A stretch of DNA of 64,000 bases, taken from NCBI GenBank assembly GCA_963734995.1, contig CAVTJD010000012.1, positions 13,754 to 77,753 on the forward strand, given 5' to 3'. A program made the position numbers and the translations under genes. The first letter of the stretch is position 1, and each line of letters starts with the position of its first letter. Below are positions 20,174 through 28,888 of this stretch, one piece after another. The notes beneath the pieces were generated by a model. That model was not told the DNA's origin. It ran no database searches and saw only the letters and a list, made by a program, of their open reading frames with translations. Source of the stretch: an uncultured Chloroflexia bacterium. GTDB taxonomy: Bacteria > Chloroflexota > Limnocylindria > Limnocylindrales > CSP1-4.

Positions 20174-21396
20174 ATGAAATGGCAGAAGCTGATCAAAGTC
20201 GCCCTGCAGAGCATCGCCAAGAACAAGATGCGCAGCCTGCTCACCATGCTCGGCATCATCATCGGCGTCGGCTCGGTGATCGCTCTGGTCGCCCTCGGGC
20301 AGGGCTCCCAGAAGGACATCCAGGGGCAGATCGCTTCGCTGGGGACCAACCTGATCATCATTCACTCGGGAAGCAGCCGGACCGCCGGGGTGCGGGGAGG
20401 GGCAGATAGCCTGCAGACCCTCACCATGGACGACGCCGACGCGCCTTCGCTGAGAAAGGCGACCCAACTCCAGGGAGTCTCGCCCGTCATTACCGTGCAC
20501 GAGCAGGTCATTGCCGGGCGCAACAACTGGAACACCTCGATCACCGGAGTGGCGCCGGAGTATCCGCAGCATCCGTAACTTCAGTATGGCGCAGGGGCAC
20601 GTTTTTCAGCGCACGGGATGTCAAGACCCGCAAAAAGGTGGCCGTGCTCGGCAAGACGGTCGCCGATCAACTCTTCCCCGGCGAGGACCCCCTCGGGGCG
20701 CGCATCCGCGTCCGCAACGTCCCCTTCAAGGTCATCGGGGTCTTGGCGCCCAAGGGACAGACCGCCATGGGCCGAGACCAGGACGACGTGATCCTGGCCC
20801 CCTCCACCACCGTTCTTTACCGGTTGAGCGACGGCAAAACAGTGCAGGCCATCATGGCCAGCGCTGTCTCGGCCGACCGGATGGCGGCGGCCAAGAGCGA
20901 GATCACCACTCTGCTGCGCGAGACGCACCGCCTGCAGCAGGGGGAGGACGACGATTTTCATATCCGCGACCAGACGGAGATCAACCAGATGGCAACCCGC
21001 ATCACCGGCACGATGACGTTGCTGCTCAGCTCCATCGCCGGGGTCTCCCTGCTCGTGGGAGGGATCGGCATCATGAACATCATGCTGGTTTCGGTGACCG
21101 AACGCACCCGTGAGATCGGCATCCGCATGGCCATCGGCGCCCGCCCCGGCGACGTCCTCATCCAGTTCCTCATCGAGGCGGTCATCCTCAGCGTCCTGGG
21201 CGGGGTGGTCGGCATCCTCGGCGGTGTCGGCACCGCGACGCTGCTCGGTTCACTCATGGGCACGAGCGCCGTCATCAGCCCGGCGGTCATTCTCGGTTCG
21301 GTGGCTTTCACCGGGGCGGTAGGGATTTTTTTCGGCTTCTACCCCGCACGCAAGGCGGCCAACCTCAATCCCATCGAGGCGCTGCGGTATGAGTAG
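20174..21396 (+). CDS. MacB-like ABC permease; frameshift near 20575
   Basis: NKMRSLLTMLGIIIGV, SLLVGGIGIMNIMLVSVTERTREIGIRMAIGA, PARKAANLNPIEALRYE. Confidence 0.92.
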
Positions 21397-21601
21397 GGGA
21401 CGTAAAAAAACCTTAAGCCCGCCTTTTTATTTCATTGACAAAATTTTAGGAGGCTTGGCGAACTCTTAACGGCCGGTTTACCTCGTTCCGGGTATGATGA
21501 AAACAATCCAAACGCCGTTAAACCTATCTGGCCCGAGCCCCGTACGGTTCGGGCGAGATCGCAGCGGCACAACGCGAGGTGCACCAGAAAGGAGAACAGG
21601 T

Positions 21602-22078
21602 ATGAACAGAAAAAAACTTCTTATCGTATCGGCCGTTTTACTGGCTATGCTGGGCGGGCTTGCCGCACAGGGGATGGCATTTTCCGGCCCCGGTGGCGGG
21701 CCACACTGGAAAGGGCACGGCCCGAGAGCCATGCAGGGCAACCGGCTTCAGATCATGGCGATCGTTCTCGACCTCTCCCAGGCCCAACAGGCGAAGGTCA
21801 AGGAGATTGCCGCAGCCGAGCGAACCGCGATGAAGCCCTGGACCAAGCAGTTGTGGGAGAACCGACGGGATCTGCGGTCGGCCACGGCCAATGGCGCCTT
21901 CGATGAAGCACAGGTCAGGAAACTGGCCACCAAAATCGCCCAGGCCAGAACCGAACTGATCGTTTCCCGGCATCGGATGCGCAGCAAGATCTTCGCCGTC
22001 TTGACGCCCAAACAAAAGGCACTGGCTGAAAAGCTCGAACCGCTGCTGAAACACCGCAGGGGCCATCGCCGGTACTAA
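21602..22078 (+). CDS. Spy/CpxP family periplasmic chaperone
   Basis: Signal peptide, LDLSQAQQ and VLTPKQK LTxxQ motifs, FDEAQVR. Confidence 0.88.
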   Translation: MNRKKLLIVSAVLLAMLGGLAAQGMAFSGPGGGPHWKGHGPRAMQGNRLQIMAIVLDLSQAQQAKVKEIAAAERTAMKPWTKQLWENRRDLRSATANGAFDEAQVRKLATKIAQARTELIVSRHRMRSKIFAVLTPKQKALAEKLEPLLKHRRGHRRY

Positions 22079-22105
22079 ACCGAAACAACAGCGAAATAAG
22101 CAAGC

Positions 22106-22152
22106 AAAAAAAGGACACGCCCCCGTCGTCGGACGGGGGCGTGTCCTTTTTT
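22106..22152. terminator. Intrinsic terminator, bidirectional type
   Basis: A7-GGACACGCCCCCGTC-gtcg-GACGGGGGCGTGTCC-T6. Confidence 0.9.
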
Positions 22153-22342
22153 CGGCCCAGAGAGGGCCGATTGGGCTCTTGAGCCCCTCCCGGAACTCTT
22201 TCCATTGACATCTCAATCCGAGAAATGATGAAAACATGACATTTGCAAGGTTTATGGTAGTCTTTTACCAAACTTGCCGTTTCAATGAGAAATCCAACGA
22301 CCCCTGGCAGGATTTATACGGCAGGCGAGAGGAAGAGATGCG

Positions 22343-22675
22343 ATGGAAACGTATTACGATCCGAAGGACCTTGGTAAATTTGCCGAAATCGGCCGCGATG
22401 CGCCCGAACTGGCTGATAAATTTTTCGACTACTACGGCGCCGTTTTTGCCGAGGGGGCCCTTAGCTCCCGGGAAAAAGCCCTGATCGCGCTGGCCGTCGC
22501 CCATGCGGTCCAATGCCCGTATTGCATCGAGGCCTACACCCGCGCCTGCCTGGAAAAGGGGGCCGATATCGAGGAGATGACCGAAGCTCTGCACGTCGTT
22601 ACCGCTATCCGCGGCGGCGCGTCCCTGGTACACGGGGTGCAGATGCGTAAACTGGTGGAGAAACTTACCCTATAG
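22343..22675 (+). CDS. AhpD/CMD-family peroxidase-like protein of the type found beside ArsS radical SAM genes
   Basis: YYDPKDLGKF, EGALSSREKALIALAVAHAVQCPYCI, AIRGGASLVHGVQM. Confidence 0.88.
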   Translation: METYYDPKDLGKFAEIGRDAPELADKFFDYYGAVFAEGALSSREKALIALAVAHAVQCPYCIEAYTRACLEKGADIEEMTEALHVVTAIRGGASLVHGVQMRKLVEKLTL

Positions 22676-22698
22676 AGACGAGGGCAGAAAAACGCAAA

Positions 22699-23676
22699 AT
22701 GAACGCCATCCCTTCTTTCAGGTTACCTTCCTTTGAAGAGAGCCTGCAGGCCAACAATCGCACTCTCGCGCGGGAAAAGACGCAAACCCTGCAGATTAAC
22801 GTAGGGCGGCTATGTGATCTGTCCTGCCGCCACTGTCACCTGGAAGCCGGTCCGGGACGGAGCGAGACCATGACTCCGCAGACCATGCAGGCGGTTATCG
22901 ATTACGCCCATCGCGCCTCGTTCCAGATGATCGACATCACCGGAGGGGCCCCCGAACTCCTCCCCGACCTGCCGTCTCTGCTCAAAGGGCTCGCTGCGGC
23001 AACGCCCCGGCTGATGCTGCGCTCCAACCTGACCGCCTTGAGCGAAGAGGGGCGACAACCGCTGTTCGATCTCTGCCGGGACCTCAACGTCACCCTTATC
23101 GCCTCCCTGCCGGCCGTCAGCCTTCGCCAGACAGAAGCGCTGCGGGGGGAAGGGGTCTGGGAAAAGAGCCTCACTGCGCTGCGTCGCCTCAACGATCTGG
23201 GCTATGGTCGAAAGGAAAGCTGTCTGGAACTGGATCTGGTGGCCAACCCCGCGGGAGCCTTTCTGCCGCCGGACCAGGAGGAAACCGAGCGGCGGTTTCG
23301 CCGCGCCTTGACCGAGCGCCTCGGCATCGAATTCAATCATCTCTATCTTTTCGCCAATGCGCCCCTGGGCCGGTATCGCCGTTGGCTCGAAACTTCAGGC
23401 AACTATACCGACTACATGGCCAGACTGTTTCACGCCTTCAATCCCTGTGCGACCGATGGGCTCATGTGCCGCACCCTGGTATCGGTCGCCTGGGACGGCA
23501 CGCTCTACGATTGCGATTTCAACCTGGCGGCTGAGCTTCCCATGACCGGCCGCAGAGTACAGGTGACGGAGATGGACGGTTTGCCTGCCCTCGGCACTCC
23601 CATCGCTACCGGCGAGCACTGTTACGCCTGCGCGGCCGGCTCCGGCTTCACATGAGGGGGGAAGATCGCGACCTAG
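22699..23676 (+). CDS. arsS: ArsS-family (arsenosugar-type) radical SAM protein, probable selenoprotein (TGA 23653-23655 read as Sec)
   Basis: LQINVGRLCDLSCRHCH, DITGGAPEL, LMCRTLVSVAWDG.LYDCDFN, HCYACAAGSGFT-[TGA]-GGKIAT-TAG. Confidence 0.85.
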
Positions 23677-23686
23677 TTGAGGTCGC
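23668..23686 (+). promoter_or_regulatory. Putative bacterial SECIS hairpin
   Basis: GCGACCT-AGTTG-AGGTCGC perfect 7-bp stem starting 12 nt after the TGA; G then T in the loop. Confidence 0.7.
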
Positions 23687-23833
23687 CGAAAGGACATGCC
23701 AATGCAGACTCTAGCGTATACGGGAGGGGGCTGAAGGGACGCCCCCGGGGGGAACAACTCAATTGAGCGGTTCACGCTCCGTGCGTACAAACGAGCTTGA
23801 CCAACGAGCTCATCCGGGAAGGAGGTGAAAAAG

Positions 23834-23989
23834 ATGAGGAAACTGGTATCGCTGCTGACGGCGATGGTTCTGGCAATCTCCCTTTCCGCGTGTGCGGGTA
23901 TGCACCACGAGAAGGAAAAGACCATGCATGTCAAATGCCCTGCCTGCGGGTATGAATTCAACGTGCCTGTTCCGCATGGTGGGCCCTAG
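23834..23989 (+). CDS. 51-aa lipoprotein with a CPAC motif (not in the ORF track)
   Basis: AAGGAGGTG RBS; MRKLVSLLTAMVLAISLSA-C lipobox; AGMHHEKEKTMHVKCPACGYEFNVPVPHGGP. Confidence 0.8.
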   Translation: MRKLVSLLTAMVLAISLSACAGMHHEKEKTMHVKCPACGYEFNVPVPHGGP

Positions 23990-24291
23990 GGAGAATCTAG
24001 CAGTCAACCTGTAAGGGAATGGAAAGGGTCCCGATTCGGGAAAAGAGCCTTCGCCCATGATGACCCGAGGTTGAGGGAAGGCAACAGTGCAAAAAGGACC
24101 TTTTCCGGACTGAATCAAGGCAAAATTCCAGCCCGGGCTTAGGTAAAGGGCCCGGGCTGGAATGTCCTCTCCGGAATTGACCGACTTTTTGACAAAGGAG
24201 CCAAACCGGAGAGGCTTTTCTCCGGGCCCGCATTCCATGAGAAGAAATTGGAGGGCCCATAAAAAGCCCGCTTGCAAAGGTTCTTATCCTT

Positions 24292-24963
24292 TTGCGGATC
24301 AGCGGCCTGACTGCCGCCTTCTTTGCCTCCGACCTGCAACACGACGTCACCTTCGCCTATCTCAAATCGAGCCGGCACGCCTTTTCCCGATTCTACGCCG
24401 CCCACAGATTACCGCCCAACATGGGGATCGATCAAGTGCCGTACCTCACCTCGGACAATATCTGGGAACTGCGGCGGCGACTCGAACGCCTGGTCGTTCT
24501 TGGTGGCGACCCGATCGGCTGCGAGCCGGCCCAGACCTTCGCCCGCTTCGGCAGTAACGTGACCCAGATGGAGATGGCGGATCGCCCGCCGGGACGGAAG
24601 GACGAGGAGGTTTCGACATTGGTGCAGGGGCAGTCCTGCGAAGTGACACGATTTCCCTTCCGGAAACTCGACCGGACCATCGCCGATGAAGAAGAGCACG
24701 GTTTCGCCAAGGTGCTGACCAAACCGGGAAGCGACAGAATTCTCGGCGTCACCATTGTCGGCTCCCATGCCGGCGACCTCATCACCGAGTACATCGGGGC
24801 GATGAAAAACGGCATCGGCCTGAATAAAATTCTCAGCACCATCCACATCTACCCGACCCTGGCCGAAGCCAACAAGGCGGTAGCCGGCGAATGGAAAAAG
24901 GGCCACGTGCCCGCGGGACTCCTGCGCTTGATCGAGAAGTACCATGCCTGGCGGCGAGGCTGA
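24292..24963 (+). pseudogene. Internally deleted relic of a (TVP38-fused) pyridine nucleotide-disulfide oxidoreductase, mercuric reductase/LPD-like
   Basis: Degraded GGDPIGCEPAQTF (from GGGPIGCELAQ); intact C-terminus RILGVTIVGSHAGDLI..HIYPTLAEANK; no FAD-binding or redox-Cys region. Confidence 0.75.
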
Positions 24964-24998
24964 AGTCGAACCGTCGTTCCGATTTTAAAGGGGGAATC

Positions 24999-26234
24999 AT
25001 GCGCCAGAAAAAAATCACCTTCACCAACGCCGAGGGGGTAGAGCTCGCAGCCCTGCTCGACCTGCCGGAGGACGAGCAACCCGTCGCCTGCGCCCTCTTC
25101 GCCCACTGCTTCACCTGCACCAAGAATCTCGCCGCCGCGGTCAACATCTCCCGTGCACTCACCCGGCGGCGCATCGCCGTTTTCCGCTTCGACTTCACCG
25201 GCCTCGGGGAGAGTCAGGGGGAATTTGCCGAATCCACCTTCTCCTCCGACGTGGGCGACCTGATCGCAGCGGCCCGATACCTCGAAGAGCACTATCAGGG
25301 ACCGAGCATTCTCGTCGGCCACTCCCTCGGGGGGGCCGCCGTGTTGCAGGCCGCCGGCGAGATCCCCACGGCACTCGCCGTGGCGACCATCGGCGCCCCG
25401 GGCCACCCCAGCCATGTCGCGAGCTTGCTCGCCGATTCCCGCGAGCGGATCGAACGCACGGGGGCAGCAACCGTTCAGCTCGCCGGCCGCAGCTTCACCA
25501 TCAAAAAAACCTTTCTCGATGATCTGGAACGCCAGGACTCCTGGGAAATGATCGGCCGCCTCAAGACCGCGCTGCTGGTGATGCACTCGCCCCGGGACAC
25601 GGTCGTGGGCATCGACAACGCGGCGAAAATATACCAGGCGGCCAAGCATCCGAAGAGCTTCATCTCCCTCGATCCGGCCGATCATCTGCTCAGCCGGCGG
25701 GAGGACGCCCTCTATGCCGGCGACATGATCGCCACCTGGGCCGGCCGCTACCTGGCAACGGGCGATGAGAAAAAGGCCTTCCCCGAGGTGATCGACAACC
25801 GGGTGACCGCCCGCACCGGCCCGGAGGGATTCTTTACCGATCTCTTCGTCAACGGCCGCGCCCTGACGGCCGACGAACCCGAAACCTACGGGGGAAGCGG
25901 CCTCGGACCTTCTCCCTACGATTACCTGCTCGCCGCCCTCGGCGCCTGCACCACGATGACGGTGCAGATGTACGCCCGCCGCAAGAAGTGGCCGATGGAT
26001 GCGGCGGTCGTCCGCCTGCGCCATGAAAAGATCCACGCCGAAGACTGCGCAACCTGCGATCAGAATGGGAGCAAGATCGACCGCTTCGAGCGCGAGCTGG
26101 AGCTTCAGGGGGACCTCAGTACCGAACAGCGTCGACGGCTTCTGGAAATTGCCGAGAAGTGCCCGGTTCATCGCACGCTGCATTCGGAGGTAAAGATCGA
26201 ATCCTGGCTGAAAGAGGACGGCAGGGAGGTATGA
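24999..26234 (+). CDS. Bifunctional alpha/beta hydrolase - OsmC family protein
   Basis: AHCFTC, RFDFTGLGES, GHSLGG, ADHLL, ADEP...GPSPYDYLLAALGACT, KCPVHRTL. Confidence 0.93.
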   Translation: MRQKKITFTNAEGVELAALLDLPEDEQPVACALFAHCFTCTKNLAAAVNISRALTRRRIAVFRFDFTGLGESQGEFAESTFSSDVGDLIAAARYLEEHYQGPSILVGHSLGGAAVLQAAGEIPTALAVATIGAPGHPSHVASLLADSRERIERTGAATVQLAGRSFTIKKTFLDDLERQDSWEMIGRLKTALLVMHSPRDTVVGIDNAAKIYQAAKHPKSFISLDPADHLLSRREDALYAGDMIATWAGRYLATGDEKKAFPEVIDNRVTARTGPEGFFTDLFVNGRALTADEPETYGGSGLGPSPYDYLLAALGACTTMTVQMYARRKKWPMDAAVVRLRHEKIHAEDCATCDQNGSKIDRFERELELQGDLSTEQRRRLLEIAEKCPVHRTLHSEVKIESWLKEDGREV

Positions 26235-26409
26235 ATCGTTTCGGAATCGCGCCGATTGGATCCCTCCAACAGATCGCACTGCGGAGGATCTGTCTAGGGA
26301 ATTGGCTGATAATGTGCTAGGATGCGGTGACCTGCAATCTTGAATCCTCTCCTCCATTTCCCCTGCGACATGGAGGAGAATCCGTCATTCCCCGCCAAGG
26401 AGCCTGCCG

Positions 26410-26994
26410 ATGGAACCAGAGATCTCCCGCTTTATCCTCGATAAGGATCGCGCCGTCCTGCTCGTTGTGGACGTGCAGGAAAAACTGATTCCGACCCTGC
26501 CCGAAAAGGCCTACCGGCGCACCCTGAAGAGCCTCCGATTTCTACTCAAGGGGGCTCGTCTGCTCGACATCCCGGTTGTCGCGACGGAACAATACCCCAA
26601 AGGGCTGGGACACACCACACCGGAGCTGGCTGCCACCGAGGCGGACAAGACAATCGAAAAGGTCAGCTTCAGCTGCTGCGGCGAGCCGGCTTTCCTGGAG
26701 TTTCTCGAAGAGCGGGGACGCTCCCAGGTCATCTTGACCGGAATGGAAGCCCACGTCTGCGTTTACCAGACAGCTCTGGGCCTGCTGGAAAGGGGCTTCG
26801 GGGTGCACGTGGTGCGCGACGCGGTCATCTCCCAGAACAAACGTAACGCCCGCAACGCTCTGCAGCTGGCGGCGCAGGCGGGGGCGATTGTCACCACCGC
26901 GGAAACGGCGCTTTTCCAGATGGTCAGAACCTCTGCGGCAGGGGAGTTTAAAGGCCTCTCCCAGCTGGTAAAAGAGTTCAGGGATAACCCGTGA
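26410..26994 (+). CDS. Isochorismatase-family hydrolase
   Basis: VVDVQEKL, TEQYPKGLGHT, EKVSFSC, GMEAHVCVYQT. Confidence 0.92.
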   Translation: MEPEISRFILDKDRAVLLVVDVQEKLIPTLPEKAYRRTLKSLRFLLKGARLLDIPVVATEQYPKGLGHTTPELAATEADKTIEKVSFSCCGEPAFLEFLEERGRSQVILTGMEAHVCVYQTALGLLERGFGVHVVRDAVISQNKRNARNALQLAAQAGAIVTTAETALFQMVRTSAAGEFKGLSQLVKEFRDNP

Positions 26995-27848
26995 TGAAGG
27001 AGCCGATCGCCGACCTGCTCGATCATCTCCTGCTGGAGCGTCTGGAGGAGAATCTCTTCCGTGGGGACAGCCGCAGTATCGGCTACCGGAGTGTTTTCGG
27101 CGGCCAGGTCCTCGGCCAGGCTCTGACAGCCGCCGCCCGCACCGTGGAAGGACGTCTGGCCCATTCGTTTCACGCCTATTTCCTGCTGCCCGGCGACACG
27201 CAAGCCCCGATCATCTACGATGTCGAGCGGATTCGGGACGGACGCAGTTTCACCACCAGACGGGTAGTGGCGATTCAGCACGGCCAGGCGATTTTCAACA
27301 TGGCCGCCTCCTTCCAGATACGGGATGAGGGAATCGAGCATCAGGCCGAAATGCCCCGCGTCCCGGAGCCGGAAGAGCTGCGGAGCAAAGCGGAATTGAA
27401 CCAGCAGGCAGCCCAAAACGCCCCGGAAAAGGTACGCAGTTTTCTCCTGCGGCAGCTGCCGATCGAATTTCGGCCCGTCCGCCCCACCGATCCACTCCAT
27501 CCGCAACCACAGCCCCCCCGGCAGCAGATGTGGTTGCGGGCCGTCGGTCCCTTGCCCGACGACCCGCAAATTCACCAGGCAATCCTGGCCTATGCCTCGG
27601 ACTTTCCCCTTTTGGGGACCGCCCTTTTACCCCACGGCCTTTCCTTTCTCCAGAAAGGGACCCGGGCTGCGAGCCTCGATCACGCCATGTGGTTCCACCG
27701 TGATTTTCGGGTGGACGAGTGGCTTCTCTACGCGATGGAGAGTCCGAGCGCCTCCAATGCCCGCGGATTGAGCTGGGGCCGATTTTTTTCCCGCGACGGC
27801 GAGCTCGTTGCCTCGACGGCCCAGGAAGGGATGATCCGGCGGCCCTGA
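26994..27848 (+). CDS. tesB: Acyl-CoA thioesterase II
   Basis: VFGGQVLGQAL, HSFHAYFL, RIRDGRSFTTRRV, ASLDHAMWFHR, STAQEG. Confidence 0.93.
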   Translation: MKEPIADLLDHLLLERLEENLFRGDSRSIGYRSVFGGQVLGQALTAAARTVEGRLAHSFHAYFLLPGDTQAPIIYDVERIRDGRSFTTRRVVAIQHGQAIFNMAASFQIRDEGIEHQAEMPRVPEPEELRSKAELNQQAAQNAPEKVRSFLLRQLPIEFRPVRPTDPLHPQPQPPRQQMWLRAVGPLPDDPQIHQAILAYASDFPLLGTALLPHGLSFLQKGTRAASLDHAMWFHRDFRVDEWLLYAMESPSASNARGLSWGRFFSRDGELVASTAQEGMIRRP

Positions 27849-27855
27849 GCGGGAC

Positions 27856-28479
27856 CTACGCACCGGCTAATTTCTTCGCGATTTCGGCAACATGCCGCCC
27901 CTGAAAACGGGCGATGGCCAGCTCGTTCTCGCTCGGCTGGCGACTGCCGTCGGCACCGGCCAGCGTGGTGGCACCATAGGGCGCGCCCCCCGTCACCTCG
28001 TCCATCACCATCAGCCGCTGCTCGGTGTACGGAACGCCGACAATGATAAATCCCAAGTGAAGCAACGTGCTGTGAAAACTGGTAATCGTCGTCTCCTGGC
28101 CGCCGTGCTGGGTGCCGGTGGAAGCGAACACGCTGCCGAGCTTGCCGACCAGGGCCCCTTTCAGCCACAGCCCGCCGGTCTGGTCGAGAAAATTGCGCAT
28201 CTGGGCGCACATGTTGCCGAAACGGGTGGGCGTGCCGAAGATCACGGCGTCGGCTTCGGCCAGTTGCTCCGGACGAGCGACCGGAACGTGGGCAAAGGCT
28301 GCCCGGGCGGCTTTCGCACCGGATTTCTCGAGGACGGCATCGGGAACGAGTTCCGGCACCTGCATGAGAACGGCTTCCGCGCCATCGACCTCGCCGACGC
28401 CGGCGGTCACGGCCTCTGCCATCCGGTAAATATGGCCGTACATGCTGTAAAAGACGATCTGCACTTTAATACTTTTCAT
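27856..28479 (-). CDS. wrbA: NAD(P)H:quinone oxidoreductase WrbA
   Basis: [37 protein letters not shown]. Confidence 0.95.
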   Translation of the reverse strand: MKSIKVQIVFYSMYGHIYRMAEAVTAGVGEVDGAEAVLMQVPELVPDAVLEKSGAKAARAAFAHVPVARPEQLAEADAVIFGTPTRFGNMCAQMRNFLDQTGGLWLKGALVGKLGSVFASTGTQHGGQETTITSFHSTLLHLGFIIVGVPYTEQRLMVMDEVTGGAPYGATTLAGADGSRQPSENELAIARFQGRHVAEIAKKLAGA

Positions 28480-28888
28480 AAACCCTCCCGGAAACGATAA
28501 CGGTCGCCGCCAGCATCCTTATGACGGCCTCCTGGTTGATATCTGGAATAATATCACCAGCTTTCGTCGGTGCAACCGAACCGGAAGAGGCAGAGACGGA
28601 GTTTCGGGCGACAGGCCGCGACGGAGGAAGGCTCGCTGTCGCGACTTGCCGGCCCGTTGGCTTGTGATCTATTGAAATTCAGCTATTATTTGGCCTATGA
28701 TTTCCAGATTAAAATTCCACTTTTCTCCATGGCGACGCGATGGTGCTCGCCAAACAGGTGAAGAACTCTGCACCCGGGCCTCCGGCGGTTCAGGCCCCTC
28801 GCGAACAGGATGGCCCACGCCACCCCATCTCTGCAGCTTTCCCCCCCGCCGCTGTCTCTCTTTACTCAGCCGCTAAACCGATGGTGCG

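Noticed and set aside
28532-28560. Imperfect inverted repeat upstream of wrbA (also ACCTT-N4-AAGGT at 13945-13958)
   Set aside because: Plausible operators, but each is a single short instance with no assignable regulator.
28736-28790. Fluoride riboswitch-like start GCGATGGTGCTCGCC upstream of the MFS gene
   Set aside because: The 3' conserved TGATG/TAATG..CCT segment is missing.
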